This document shows positions 9,083 to 19,845 of a stretch of 64,000 bases of DNA, in pieces. A program made the position numbers and the translations under genes. The DNA is from Thermodesulfobacteriota bacterium (lineage in GTDB: Bacteria > Desulfobacterota_D > UBA1144 > Nemesobacterales > UBA2774): assembly GCA_965216785.1 (NCBI GenBank), contig OZ244197.1, positions 1,056,001-1,120,000 of the forward strand, read 5' to 3'. The notes under the pieces are model-generated. The model ran no database searches. It saw only the letters and a list, made by a program, of their open reading frames with translations, and was not told where the DNA came from. The first letter of the stretch is position 1, and each line of letters starts with the position of its first letter.

Positions 9083-12000
9083 CTATAAAGCATCCGGTTC
9101 TGTGTTTCCGGGAAGCTCCGGGACAGCTTTTCTGCTCTTGCGCCAGTTGGTCCATTTCTTGTGAATGTGGAGCTTGGCGTCATCGAGGATCAGGTAAAGA
9201 CACGGTATCAGCAGTAGAGTTATAAGCGTTGCGAACACGAGCCCGAACCCGAGCGCTATGGCCATAGGGGCAAGGAACGCCGCCTCTCCCCTGAATTTAA
9301 TCATAAGAGACGCGAGTCCGCCAAACGTAGTGACAGTTGTCAGGACAATCGGCCTGAAGCGGTGCTTCGCAGAGAAAGCGACCGCTACAACCCTGCCCAT
9401 TTTGCTAAACCTCGAGTTTATAAAAGTCATCAGGATAAGGCTGTCGTTTACCACAATTCCAAGCAGCGCGACGGTGCCGATGAGCGCCGGCAGCGTGAGA
9501 GGCTCGCCCCTTAAAAGTATCCCGATCATCACCCCTATGAGCGCAAAGGGGAGGACGGCCATAATGATAAAGGGTTGTGTGTAGGACTTGAGCATGCTCG
9601 CAAGGATTATGTATATGAGCAGGATCGCGATTATAGCGGCTCTTTGTATGCTCGCTAAAGACTCTCTGGTCTGCTCCTCCTCGCCGCCGAATACGTATGA
9701 GTAGCCGGGGAAACTCTTAAGTGTATCGTCAAGATAGGCCGAGAGGGAAGCATTGACTTCGGTCGGCGTGGTAACATTCTCGTCAACCTCAGCCGTTACC
9801 CTGACGGCGCGCTCGTTATCATAGCGGGATATAGTAAGCATGCTGGGCTCGGTCGTCATGCTGACTATGCTGCTTATGGGCACCCAGCCGCCTCCGGGCG
9901 ATTTTATCTGATATGACTCCAGAAGTGAGAGCAGATTTCCGGAAGGGAGCTCGTATTTAACTATTATGTCTGCTTCCTCAGTACCGAGGCGGGTTTGCGC
10001 TACAGTAAGACCTTCTGCCGCGGCCCTTATGGCCCTTGCAATAGTGCGTGTGTCGAGTCCGTATACAGCGGCTCTTTGCTCGTCAACATTTATTCTTATC
10101 TCGGGTTTGCCCCAGATTAGATCATCGCTTACGCTGTTTACGCCGGTGGTGGTTTCAAGATTTTCAGAAGCTATCCCAGCGAGCTCTTTTAAGGACTCGA
10201 AGTTCTCTCCCATTATTCTTAGATCAACTGCCTTCCCGGTCGGCGGACCTCCTGACTCGACAAAATCCACCCTTACGGGTCCGACTACTTCACTCTCTAC
10301 TCTTTTTCTAATTTCTCTTGCAAGCTCTTTTGCGTTTTCTTCTCTAACATCGAAGTCTTCAAATTCCACTATTACCGTTGCCAGGTGATCTCCGAGATCG
10401 GATTCCTGTCCTGTCAGGTCTATACCGATCATCGATATTGTGTTTTTGTGCACATGATCGGGCACTATTTCCTTAACAGTGTCTTCGATCTTGGCGACTG
10501 ATTTAATGGTAGAGTCGATACTTGACCATGAGGGGTTCTCGACCCTGATATAGATTTCCGCAACGTCCTGGGAATAGAAAAGAACCCTGGGTACTTTCAT
10601 GAAGATGCCGAGAGTTAATATCAAAACCAGTACGAAGGTTGTAACAGTTATATATCTGTGCCTTAGCGCGAAAGTTAGCGCTTTCATGTAGTTGAACCGG
10701 ATTTTGTATACCCAGCTTCTATTTTGCCTGTTGGCGTGTCCGGGTTTTAAGAAGTCAGCGCAGTGAGAGGGCAGTATGATAAGTGCCTCTATCAACGAGA
10801 CAAGGAGCGCGAATATCGCGACTTTTGGAATAATGGACATAAACTTGCCTATGAGCCCCGTCGCAATGAGAAGCGGTATGAACGAGGCTATGTTGGTGAG
10901 AATAGTCGCCACGACAGGCATGGCTACTTCCTTGGTCCCCTTTATTGCCGCATCCTTGGCGGAGTACCCGAGCTGTAAGTAGCGCTGTATGTTCTCGGCT
11001 ACGATAATCGCGTCATCCACAATTATCCCGAGCACTAATATAAGCCCGAACATCGAGAGTACGTTGAGGGTGATCCCGGAGAACTGCATGAGTATAAAGG
11101 CTCCGAAGAAGGCCACGGGAAGACCTACAGCGGCAACGATGGCGGCCCTCAAATCCAGGAAAAGCGCAAGAATAATGAGAACGATAACAAGACCTATGAG
11201 GCCGCTGTTCACCATTGTCTCGAATCTTTTTTCTACCCAGTAAGAGGTATCGTTCGTGGTATATAACTGTATTTCCTCGGGTACTCTTCCCCTAAATTCC
11301 TCGACTTTGTTTTCTATTGTTGTGACAGTTTTAATTGAGTCCGTATTCTTTTGCTTATTGATCCAGAAGTTGATGGAGGGGAGGCTGTTTACCCGGGCTT
11401 TTGTCCTGGTTTTCTGCTCGCCCTGCTCTATTCTCGCGATGTCCTTAAGTAATATATGCCTGCCTTGATCGCTTTGTCTCACAGGGATATTGAGAAGGTC
11501 TTCGACCTTCTGAACCCGGCCCGTGACTCTTACGAGTATCTCGGAGTCTCCCTGCTCGACGGCCCCCCCGGGCAGGTCGAGGTTCTTCTGGTTGATTACT
11601 GTCGCGACATCTTCCAGGCTCACTCCGTACTGGCGCAGTTTGTCGGGATCAACGTATACCCAAAATGCGGGGTCGCCGAGCCCTGAGGTGATGATGCTGT
11701 CTACTCCGCCGATGAGTTTGAGCTCATTTTCAAGTAAAAGTGCGTAGCTCCTAAGGGTTTCCTGAGGGACGTCGCCTGCTATGGCGACGCTTATGAGAGG
11801 GAAATTGGCATCGAACTCCTCAACAATCGGGTCTTCCGCGTCCTCCGGGAGCTTGTCCTCGATCCTTGAGATTTCAGAACGTATTTCCTGCGCGAGCTTT
11901 TGAGTATCCTCACCGGTGTAAAGCTCGGCCACAACAGAAGAAAGCCCTTCCGATGAAGTCGAGCGCAGCACTTTAATGCCGCTGATACCGTTTATTTCGT

Positions 12001-12205
12001 CTTCGATGGGTATGGTAACGAGCTTTTCAACGTCCTCAGCCGAGGCTCCCGGAAAAACAGTGCTGACAGTTACGAGCTCAAGTTTGATGGAGGGAAATAA
12101 CTCAAGAGGAAGCCTCGTCGCGGCAAGTATTCCGACAACGAGTATCGAGAGCATAAGGAGATTTACAAGTACGGGATTTTTAACAGAGAATTCGGCAATG
12201 TGCAT
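9083..12205 (-). CDS. RND efflux transporter permease (AcrB/AcrD/AcrF family)
   Basis: 1040 aa; LPLELFP, FPGASAEDVE, GIIVDDAIIVAENI, RFRPIVLTTVTT motifs. Confidence 0.95.
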   Translation of the reverse strand: MHIAEFSVKNPVLVNLLMLSILVVGILAATRLPLELFPSIKLELVTVSTVFPGASAEDVEKLVTIPIEDEINGISGIKVLRSTSSEGLSSVVAELYTGEDTQKLAQEIRSEISRIEDKLPEDAEDPIVEEFDANFPLISVAIAGDVPQETLRSYALLLENELKLIGGVDSIITSGLGDPAFWVYVDPDKLRQYGVSLEDVATVINQKNLDLPGGAVEQGDSEILVRVTGRVQKVEDLLNIPVRQSDQGRHILLKDIARIEQGEQKTRTKARVNSLPSINFWINKQKNTDSIKTVTTIENKVEEFRGRVPEEIQLYTTNDTSYWVEKRFETMVNSGLIGLVIVLIILALFLDLRAAIVAAVGLPVAFFGAFILMQFSGITLNVLSMFGLILVLGIIVDDAIIVAENIQRYLQLGYSAKDAAIKGTKEVAMPVVATILTNIASFIPLLIATGLIGKFMSIIPKVAIFALLVSLIEALIILPSHCADFLKPGHANRQNRSWVYKIRFNYMKALTFALRHRYITVTTFVLVLILTLGIFMKVPRVLFYSQDVAEIYIRVENPSWSSIDSTIKSVAKIEDTVKEIVPDHVHKNTISMIGIDLTGQESDLGDHLATVIVEFEDFDVREENAKELAREIRKRVESEVVGPVRVDFVESGGPPTGKAVDLRIMGENFESLKELAGIASENLETTTGVNSVSDDLIWGKPEIRINVDEQRAAVYGLDTRTIARAIRAAAEGLTVAQTRLGTEEADIIVKYELPSGNLLSLLESYQIKSPGGGWVPISSIVSMTTEPSMLTISRYDNERAVRVTAEVDENVTTPTEVNASLSAYLDDTLKSFPGYSYVFGGEEEQTRESLASIQRAAIIAILLIYIILASMLKSYTQPFIIMAVLPFALIGVMIGILLRGEPLTLPALIGTVALLGIVVNDSLILMTFINSRFSKMGRVVAVAFSAKHRFRPIVLTTVTTFGGLASLMIKFRGEAAFLAPMAIALGFGLVFATLITLLLIPCLYLILDDAKLHIHKKWTNWRKSRKAVPELPGNTEPDAL

Positions 12206-12221
12206 TAGAGGCTCTAAAGAG

Positions 12222-13355
12222 TTACGGCATCAAGCGGACTAGCTGCCCGCCGGCAAGTCCAACGTGGCCTTCTACGATGACCTTGCTGTTTTCCGGTATC
12301 ATGTGTGAAGGTATACTGCCCTCGTTTTCGTTTATCCAAACAACCGAGACCGGGATCTTTTGAGCTTTCCCATCCTGGTAAACAAAGATGAAAAGATCGC
12401 GGTTATCGGACAGTACAGCTGTCCTCGGTACTATGATTACATCCTTTAGTAATTCAACAGGTACCTGCATGTTAACGATCTCGCCCGGCCACCAGTTGTA
12501 TTTATTATCAATAATTTCAGCCTCTACTTCATAAGTGCCCGAAAGAGCGTCCATGCCGGGGCTGACACCTATTACGCGGGCCTGTGTTTCTTCATATGCC
12601 CCGTTTAGTGTGGTGTTGAGGTTTACGGTCATTCCGGGCTTAATCACCCTGGCCCACCTGGGCTCGACCCCCGCTACTACGCGCTCGTTTGAGGTGCTTA
12701 CCATCCCGGCAACCACCTCGCCGGAAGTTACTTCCTGGCCGATATCCGGGATTATCTCCGATACCTGCCCTGAGATAGGGGCCTTTACCGTAAGGTGCTC
12801 TACATCCCACTTCATCAAGTTATAGGACGCTTCCAGGCCGTCTACGTTTGAGGCTTCAGAGGATACCTGGTTTGACAGAGAGTCCAGAGTGTCCTTAGCC
12901 ACAATGCCTTTTTCGACCAGCGTTTTGTTCTGCTCGTATTTGCGTCTTAGCTCGTTAAGGTTTGCTTTTGCGGACATGAGCCGGGCCTCGGACTCTTTTA
13001 GCCTGTACACCTTGCGATCGTCCTGAAGCACTATAAGGGGGTCGCCCTTTTGCACTTCCTGGCCCAAAACCGCTTTCCTCTCGACGACCCATCCGCTGAC
13101 GTCGGCTTTAATGCTTACCGTTTGCCCTCCCTCTAGCCGCGCTAAAAAGCTGGTGGTTCTCCAAACTTCTGTAACCGATGAGTCCTGAACTCTTACGGGC
13201 GCAAGCTTTTTTTCAGCTTCCCCTTCAAACGCGGAAGTGCGTACAGAGATCATGCGAACGTACAGGCCTATGGTGAGCACAATAAAAGCCGCAAGGAATC
13301 CAAAGAACCATATCCACTGTTTTTTCTTTTTAGCTCTTATCTTTGCCGTAGGCAT
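12222..13355 (-). CDS. RND efflux periplasmic adaptor (MFP)
   Basis: N-terminal TM, lipoyl-like halves (ADVSGWV...GQEVQKGDPL; VKAPISGQV), coiled coil, IIVPRTAV; directly upstream of the RND gene. Confidence 0.92.
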   Translation of the reverse strand: MPTAKIRAKKKKQWIWFFGFLAAFIVLTIGLYVRMISVRTSAFEGEAEKKLAPVRVQDSSVTEVWRTTSFLARLEGGQTVSIKADVSGWVVERKAVLGQEVQKGDPLIVLQDDRKVYRLKESEARLMSAKANLNELRRKYEQNKTLVEKGIVAKDTLDSLSNQVSSEASNVDGLEASYNLMKWDVEHLTVKAPISGQVSEIIPDIGQEVTSGEVVAGMVSTSNERVVAGVEPRWARVIKPGMTVNLNTTLNGAYEETQARVIGVSPGMDALSGTYEVEAEIIDNKYNWWPGEIVNMQVPVELLKDVIIVPRTAVLSDNRDLFIFVYQDGKAQKIPVSVVWINENEGSIPSHMIPENSKVIVEGHVGLAGGQLVRLMP

Positions 13356-13604
13356 CGAGTTAACCTCTTGGAATAATTCTACACAATATTTTCCGGATTG
13401 TTATACTAATTATACTAAGACTTCATAATACTTAAAATTTCCGTACGATTTTTAAAACTTGCAATGCCTCCGGCTACTTGTGGTGACGATTTTAAAGTCT
13501 CCTTTATTTTTTTCTCAGAACATGTTGATTTTTCAGGTATTTTTCTGTAATATGACAAATTAAGACTAAATCCAAAGGAGAGGGATGTAGTAGGGTATAC
13601 GCCT

Positions 13605-13880
13605 ATGACAAAATCACAATTATCTGCCCACATAGCCGAGAAGGCTGGTATCACAAAAAAAACAGCTGCTGAGATTATTGACGAGCTAGCTGCTGTTGCT
13701 TATAGCGAGGCCAAGAAGAACAAGCAGTTTACTCTTCCTGGAATAGGTAAATTGGTTCTGAATAACCGGAAAGCGAGGAAAGGAAGAAACCCCGCCACCG
13801 GTCAGGAAATCGATATACCGGCCAAGACTGTAGTTAAGTTCAGGGTAGCCAAAGCGTGTAAAGACGCTGTATTGGGCTAA
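13605..13880 (+). CDS. hup: HU family DNA-binding protein
   Basis: MTKSQL...PGIGKL...RKARKGRNPATGQEIDIPAKTVVKFR. Confidence 0.95.
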   Translation: MTKSQLSAHIAEKAGITKKTAAEIIDELAAVAYSEAKKNKQFTLPGIGKLVLNNRKARKGRNPATGQEIDIPAKTVVKFRVAKACKDAVLG

Positions 13881-14067
13881 TAGCTAAGACCTGAGAAGAG
13901 CTACTTTTTAAGTTACAGACTGTATGAGTTTTGAAGTGTCCTGGATTTGTTCCACTAGGATGGATGTATAGTTATGCACATTACAGTACTAGTTCAAGAA
14001 TATATGGGACGAAATCTTGTATTACATAACAGTCTAGATTGGCTGGATACTGAAAAAACTTCGGTTC

Positions 14068-15261
14068 TTAGCTTTTAAAGGAAGAAATTTTGTCAAGAAC
14101 CCTTTGAGCAAGGTCTGATTTTGACATAAGAGGTAGCTCTTCGGTTTCAGAGCCGTATAGAAGATGCGCTTTATTTGTATCTTTTTCAAATCCTGATTCG
14201 GGCTCAAGAATATTGTTGGCAACGATCATATCTGCTTTTTTTCTCTTTAGCTTATCCTTAGCGTTTTTAATCAGGTCCTCACTCTCTGCAGCAAACCCGA
14301 TGACAATCCGGCCGTTCTTATTGCCCCCGACTTCTTTTAATATATCCTTGGTTTGCTTGAGCTCTATGGTTTTTTTGCCGCTTTGTTTTTTAATCTTGCC
14401 GTTTTGTCTGGTTTTTGGCGTGTAATCTCCGACTGCCGCGGCTTTAATTACAATCGTAGACCATTTTAGGTGTTTTAATACAGCATCATACATATCTGAG
14501 GCGCTTTCAGTTTGAATTAGCTCCACTCCATATGGGGGCGTTAATTCAGTCTTTCCCGATATTAGTTTTACCTGGGCCCCTCTCATGCGCGCCTCTTTTG
14601 CCATGGCGTATCCCATCTTTCCGCTCGAGGGGTTTGATATAAATCGGACGGGGTCTATGTACTCTCGCGTTGCTCCGGCTGTTACTAGTACTTTTTCACC
14701 GGTTAAATCTTTAGGGGTCAGCGCTGATTCTATTTCATCTGCTATATCATCAATTTCAGGGAGTCTTCCCTTGCCTTCCCAGCCGCATGCAAGCTCACCC
14801 TCGCCAGGCTCAACCACTATAAAACCGCGACTCTGCAGTTTGGTGAGATTCTCCTGTACTGCCGGGTTTGAATACATGTTCACATTCATGGCGGGGCACA
14901 GTATTACGGGGCATTGTGCGGCCAGAATGACTGTGGCCAAAAGACTGTCCGCTATACCCGAGGCGACTTTGCCGATAAAGCTCGCCGACGCTGGGGCAAC
15001 AACAATGACACCTGCTTTGTCCGCCAGGCTTATATGGCCGATCTCGGCCTCCCAGACAAGATCGAAAGTCTTCAGTGCTACACGGTTTCCCGAGAGCGTC
15101 TGCATCGTAAGAGGTGTGACAAACTCGGTCGCATTCTGCGTCATTACAACCTGTACTGAGGCATTTTCCTTGACGAGCCTCCTTACAAGGTCGCAGGACT
15201 TATAGGCTGCTATGCCTCCCGTGATGCCTACTATTATATTTTTCCCTTCAAATTTACTCAT
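14068..15261 (-). CDS. coaBC: Phosphopantothenoylcysteine decarboxylase/ligase CoaBC
   Basis: GITGGIAAYK, PAMNVNM, LACG..GKGRL, IDPVRFISNPSSGKMG, GFAAES; start placed at MSKFEGK (track start 15318). Confidence 0.97.
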   Translation of the reverse strand: MSKFEGKNIIVGITGGIAAYKSCDLVRRLVKENASVQVVMTQNATEFVTPLTMQTLSGNRVALKTFDLVWEAEIGHISLADKAGVIVVAPASASFIGKVASGIADSLLATVILAAQCPVILCPAMNVNMYSNPAVQENLTKLQSRGFIVVEPGEGELACGWEGKGRLPEIDDIADEIESALTPKDLTGEKVLVTAGATREYIDPVRFISNPSSGKMGYAMAKEARMRGAQVKLISGKTELTPPYGVELIQTESASDMYDAVLKHLKWSTIVIKAAAVGDYTPKTRQNGKIKKQSGKKTIELKQTKDILKEVGGNKNGRIVIGFAAESEDLIKNAKDKLKRKKADMIVANNILEPESGFEKDTNKAHLLYGSETEELPLMSKSDLAQRVLDKISSFKS

Positions 15262-15371
15262 TTTTTTAATACCCCGATTACCTATAGTATAGGAAATAAG
15301 ATTTAATAGGGCAAACATTCACTTATCAGACGTTTGGTCAAAATGATAATTTTCCAAGATTAAAAAAACTC

Positions 15372-15410
15372 TTGACAAAATCATAATAGGTGTATATACT
15401 CCTATTATGA
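15372..15410 (+). promoter_or_regulatory. Sigma-70 promoter overlapped by a 30-bp palindromic operator (MarR autoregulation)
   Basis: TTGACA(15372)-17 bp-TATACT(15395); inverted repeat TCATAATAGG-TGTATATACT-CCTATTATGA at 15381-15410. Confidence 0.75.
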
Positions 15411-15877
15411 TGAAAAAGAACGTTAATATGAACGAATTAAGCAGACACGAAGTTTCCAAATGCAATGAGTGTACGGCGTTTAATTTAAAGAAAGCGACAA
15501 GGATTGTGCAAAATCTTTTTGACGAGGCTTTTAAGCCCATAGGTCTTGAAGGGACTCAATATACTGTTTTAGGCCACATTTTTGTGCATGGGCCGATTTC
15601 TTTGACTAAGCTTGCAGAGTTGATGCATGTGGACAGGACCACACTTGCCAGAAATCTAAAGCCTTTAGAGAAAAGAGGCTTATTGGAAATAAAACCCGGC
15701 AGTGACCGCAGAGCCAAAATTATAAACATAACGGACAGCGGTAAGGAAGTTATGGCAGAGGCCCTGCCTCTATGGAAAAAAACGCAGAAAGAAATTAAGA
15801 CCGCGCTTGGTATTGATAATTGGAGCTCTATGATATCAAACCTAACAGGTCTTGTTGATGAGCTTGAAGTGAGATAA
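15407..15877 (+). CDS. MarR family transcriptional regulator
   Basis: CTAFNLKKATR, LTKLAELMHVDRTTLARNLKPLEKRGL, DRR...ITDSG winged helix. Confidence 0.95.
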   Translation: MMKKNVNMNELSRHEVSKCNECTAFNLKKATRIVQNLFDEAFKPIGLEGTQYTVLGHIFVHGPISLTKLAELMHVDRTTLARNLKPLEKRGLLEIKPGSDRRAKIINITDSGKEVMAEALPLWKKTQKEIKTALGIDNWSSMISNLTGLVDELEVR

Positions 15878-15893
15878 AAAAATTTAAACATAT

Positions 15894-15909
15894 ACGTGTA
15901 TATACACGT
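15894..15909. promoter_or_regulatory. Second putative MarR operator
   Basis: Perfect palindrome ACGTGTATATACACGT sharing the GTGTATATAC core with the upstream site. Confidence 0.65.
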
Positions 15910-15924
15910 TTAAGGAGCGTTAAT

Positions 15925-17049
15925 ATGAGTAAACCAAGGATTCTTGTTACATCGGCTGCGGGGCATACAGGGTCGGTAGTAGCAAAACAGTTAATTGAAA
16001 GGGGGTTTCCTGTACGCGCTTTTGTCCGCACAGAGGACGCGCGCTCCGAGCGCCTAAGAAAGGCCGGAGCGGAAATATTCGTCGGGGACCTATTAGATAT
16101 AAGAGACATGAGAAAGGCGCTCGTGGGTGTGGAGCGTGCTTATTACTGTCCGCCCTTTGCTGCAAATGTTTTACACGGCTCTATGCTTTTCGCCCTGGCT
16201 GCGGAAGAGGCGAAGCTCAAAGTGGCAGTGATTATGGCAGCGTGGAATCCGCATCCGACTCACCCCTCTATTCACCAGCGCGAGCACTGGCTAGCGGATA
16301 ATATCTATCAATGGATGCCAACGGTCGATGTCGTTTACGTTAACCCCGGGGTATTTGCATTCACATATTTCTTCAGCCTTCCCGCCGCTGCTCATTTCGG
16401 AAAGCTTTTGCTTCCTTACGGCGAGGGGCTGAACGCGCCGCCCTCAAATGAGGACATCGCCTCTGTGGCGGTTTCGGTACTGGCTGAACCTGAGCCACAC
16501 ATAGGTAAAAACTACAGGCCTACCGGACCAAAGCTTATTTCAGGCAGTGATGTAGCAGAGATATTCGGCAGTATTTTGGAACGTAAAGTTGACTACGTAG
16601 ATGTTCCGACATCGATGTTCATCAAGGCCGCCAAAGCCTTAGGGTTTTCGAATTTCGAGATAGCCCAGTTCCGTCATTATGCAGAAGAGATGCGAGGAGG
16701 TACATATGCGCTCGGTGCGCCTACGGACCACGTAGAGCTGGTGACAGGAAGGCCGCCTGAGGATTTTGAAGTAACCGCGCGGCGTTACTTTGAGCGCCCC
16801 GAGCTGGTATTCCCGGGCTTAAAGATCGGAAATAAATTTGAGGCTGCCTGGCTCATGCTTAAAACAATAATGGCCCGGGTGCCTGATTTAGATAAGTGGG
16901 AGTCTGAGCGTAGTTACCCGCTTATCAAAGAAGGGCTTCTCGCGCACGATAGTGAAGAATGGCTTTACACTGCCAGGCGCAAGCGCCTTTCTCTCCTTGA
17001 TATTAATAAGGACGAAGGGGCCGGAGAGGCGGCGCAAATAGCGGTGTAA
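15925..17049 (+). CDS. NmrA family NAD(P)-binding protein
   Basis: ILVTSAAGHTG, VRAFVR, FVGDLLD, EDIASVA and TGP motifs. Confidence 0.9.
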   Translation: MSKPRILVTSAAGHTGSVVAKQLIERGFPVRAFVRTEDARSERLRKAGAEIFVGDLLDIRDMRKALVGVERAYYCPPFAANVLHGSMLFALAAEEAKLKVAVIMAAWNPHPTHPSIHQREHWLADNIYQWMPTVDVVYVNPGVFAFTYFFSLPAAAHFGKLLLPYGEGLNAPPSNEDIASVAVSVLAEPEPHIGKNYRPTGPKLISGSDVAEIFGSILERKVDYVDVPTSMFIKAAKALGFSNFEIAQFRHYAEEMRGGTYALGAPTDHVELVTGRPPEDFEVTARRYFERPELVFPGLKIGNKFEAAWLMLKTIMARVPDLDKWESERSYPLIKEGLLAHDSEEWLYTARRKRLSLLDINKDEGAGEAAQIAV

Positions 17050-17096
17050 GAACAAGAATAATGAATTTAAATCAAATAAATAAGGAGGTATTTAGC

Positions 17097-17951
17097 ATGA
17101 GTAACGAAGGTAGATTTAAAGATAAGGTAGTAGTCATAACAGGGGCATCGAGCGGAATAGGACGAGAGACGGCAATACAATTTGCCCGGGAAGGCGCGAG
17201 GACCGTACTCGTATCCCGCTCCAGGGATAAGCTGCAGAAAGTAGCGGCTGAGATTGCTAAGTTCAATACGAACGTATTGGTTATCCCAACTGACGTCTCC
17301 TCTCCCGAGCAGGTAAGCGCTATGGTGAAGGAGGTCGTTTCAAAATACGGTACAGTCGATGTTCTATTTAATAACGCGGGCAACTCGTACGTAGGAGCAG
17401 TAGGAGGCAAGGACTTTATCGCTAACGCCAAGAAGATGATGGACGCCGATTACTTCGGGACATTATATGTTACGACCGAAGTTCTCCCGGTCATGAAGAG
17501 ACAGGGGTCGGGGCATATTATGAACATGTCCTCTGTAGTGGGTAAAAAGGCATTCCCGCATTTTGGCGGATACTCTGCTGCCATGCACGCTATTACCGGG
17601 TTAACCGACGCACTCAGGCAGGAACTCAGGGGTACGGGGATCAATGTCTCAACAATTCATCCCGCCCTAACACAGACCCCGCTCCTTGACAGCGTAAGGC
17701 CTGAGGATATGCCGCCGCCGTTCAGGCGGTTTACGCCAATTGCCGTTGAAACCGTTGCCAGGGCGGTGCTTGACGGAGTGGAATATAACAGGGCGCGTGT
17801 TGTAGTGCCGTTTCAGCCGAGGATGCTTTTCCTTTCGGACTTTATCTCGGCCCGCTTCGGGGACTTGGCGGTTAGGCTCATTCAGAACAAGCTGTTTGCC
17901 ACTCTGATTGGGACGTACCGGGGAAGGGTGTACCGGCACGGTGTATCGTAA
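17097..17951 (+). CDS. SDR family oxidoreductase
   Basis: TGASSGIG, NNAG and NMSS motifs; YSAAM replaces the usual YxxxK; TAAGGAGG SD before ATG 17097. Confidence 0.92.
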   Translation: MSNEGRFKDKVVVITGASSGIGRETAIQFAREGARTVLVSRSRDKLQKVAAEIAKFNTNVLVIPTDVSSPEQVSAMVKEVVSKYGTVDVLFNNAGNSYVGAVGGKDFIANAKKMMDADYFGTLYVTTEVLPVMKRQGSGHIMNMSSVVGKKAFPHFGGYSAAMHAITGLTDALRQELRGTGINVSTIHPALTQTPLLDSVRPEDMPPPFRRFTPIAVETVARAVLDGVEYNRARVVVPFQPRMLFLSDFISARFGDLAVRLIQNKLFATLIGTYRGRVYRHGVS

Positions 17952-18173
17952 TATGATGTGAGCGGTGAAGGTATATAAACTGCTCTCCGGGTTTTTAATA
18001 CTGTTATTCTAGTTGCGTCTTTTTGTGTAGTTCCGGCTCTAATGGGTAGATGCGTGTTACATACTACAACTTGAATCTACCCACTTTGAGCAAGCGGGGC
18101 GTTTATAGGTTATGTTTAAGGGGTTCTAAGTTTTATTTCTCGGTTGACAACGCGGCTGTGATTATGAAACTTA

Positions 18174-19763
18174 GTGGGTCTAAATATGCCTGAGGTTATG
18201 AAAAAAACGCCCGAGCAAAGCTCATTAGGTGAAGTATCCGGCGTAAGCTTTGTAAGTAAGAGCACAGGTAGATGGGTATTGCTGGTTGCTATTATAGGAT
18301 CGGGAATGGCCTTTATTGACAGTACCGCAATGAATGTTGTGGTGCCTGTGCTTCAGCAAGAGCTGAACGCGACCATTCCGCAAGTACAGTGGGTTATGGA
18401 GGCGTATGCTCTTTTTATGTCATCGCTTATGCTCCTTGGCGGCGCGCTCGGCGACAGGTTTGGCAGAAAGCGTATATTCGCTTTAGGAGTGGTTGTCTTC
18501 ACCGCGGCCTCCATGTGGTGCGGTCTTTCTCCAAATACGAGTCAGTTGATTGTAGCAAGGGCGTTTCAGGGAGTTGGGGGCGCGCTGCTTGTGCCGGGCA
18601 GCTTGGCAATTATCACAGTATCGTTCAGTGAGGAAAACCGGGGGCGGGCAATAGGCACGTGGTCGGCGTTTACGGCGATCACCACAGCTATGGGCCCGAT
18701 ACTGGGCGGTTGGCTTGCTCAGAATATTTCGTGGCGCTTGGTATTTTTCATAAACTTGCCGCTTGCTCTTATTGTTTTGGGAGCGCTTTTTTGGCGCATA
18801 CCGGAAAGTAGAAAGGAAAACGGCAGCGGGGGGTTGGATATATTGGGGTCTTTATTCGCTACTCTGGCACTGGGCTGTATAGTGTTCGCGCTTGTTGATT
18901 CGGGTAATATAGGGTTTGGGCATCCCAAGGTTATTATTCCCCTTGTAGCTGGGGGGATTTTCTTTATCTCCTTCATTTTGTATGAGTGGCGCGCTTCATC
19001 GCCGATGATGCCGCTTTCACTCTTCAGGTCTAGGACCTTCAGCGGGGCGAACCTGATATCGTTTTTGTACTGGGCCGCTTGGAGCAGCGCAGTATTCTTT
19101 ATCCCCTTCAATTTAATACAGCTTCAAGGCTATTCGGCTGCCGGTGTGGGAGTCGCTTTTGCCCCGCTAGTGATAGCGCTCTTTCTTTTTTCAAGATGGG
19201 CTGGGGGTACAGTGGCAAGGTACGGAGCTAAACCAGCAATTATGGCAGGGACAATCCTTGCCTCAATTGGGTTCTATCTGTTTACTCTGCCTACTATAGG
19301 CGGGAGTTACTGGACTACGATTTTCCCAGCTATTACGGTGCTTGGGATCGGGATGGCAATCGTCATCTCTCCGCTAACGACGGCTGTGATGAGCTCGGTC
19401 GAGCTCGAAGAATCGGGCGTGGCCTCAGGCGTGAATAACACTGTGGGAAGGATCGCCGGGCTTTTGGCTATCGCCGTTATGGGCGTGTTCGCTTTAAGCA
19501 CTTTTAACCGCAACCTCGACCGTGACCTGGACCGGCTCGAGATAACAACAGAGACCAGAGAGTCCATCGATTCGCAGCGAATAAAGTATTTACTAATTGA
19601 GATACCCGAGAACGTTGAGCCTTCTACCCGTAAGGCCATCCGCTCGTCTATTAACAACTCATTTCTGGCAAGTTACAGGCTTATTATGATGATATCCGCG
19701 GGGCTCGTGCTTATCGGGTCGGTTGTGGCCTGGCTTACTATAGAGAAACGAAAGCCCGGCTAG
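18174..19763 (+). CDS. MFS transporter, DHA2 (14-TM) family
   Basis: MAFIDST, GGALGDRFGRKRIF, ARAFQGVGGALLVP, WRLVFFINLP; exact start uncertain (18174, 18186 or 18198). Confidence 0.93.
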   Translation: MGLNMPEVMKKTPEQSSLGEVSGVSFVSKSTGRWVLLVAIIGSGMAFIDSTAMNVVVPVLQQELNATIPQVQWVMEAYALFMSSLMLLGGALGDRFGRKRIFALGVVVFTAASMWCGLSPNTSQLIVARAFQGVGGALLVPGSLAIITVSFSEENRGRAIGTWSAFTAITTAMGPILGGWLAQNISWRLVFFINLPLALIVLGALFWRIPESRKENGSGGLDILGSLFATLALGCIVFALVDSGNIGFGHPKVIIPLVAGGIFFISFILYEWRASSPMMPLSLFRSRTFSGANLISFLYWAAWSSAVFFIPFNLIQLQGYSAAGVGVAFAPLVIALFLFSRWAGGTVARYGAKPAIMAGTILASIGFYLFTLPTIGGSYWTTIFPAITVLGIGMAIVISPLTTAVMSSVELEESGVASGVNNTVGRIAGLLAIAVMGVFALSTFNRNLDRDLDRLEITTETRESIDSQRIKYLLIEIPENVEPSTRKAIRSSINNSFLASYRLIMMISAGLVLIGSVVAWLTIEKRKPG

Positions 19764-19845
19764 CGGGTTTGTGTGTTACCCATAAGACTGCAACCTTTTT
19801 CCCTGAACTGGTATCCTATATTTATATTCTGAAACGGAGACCGAT

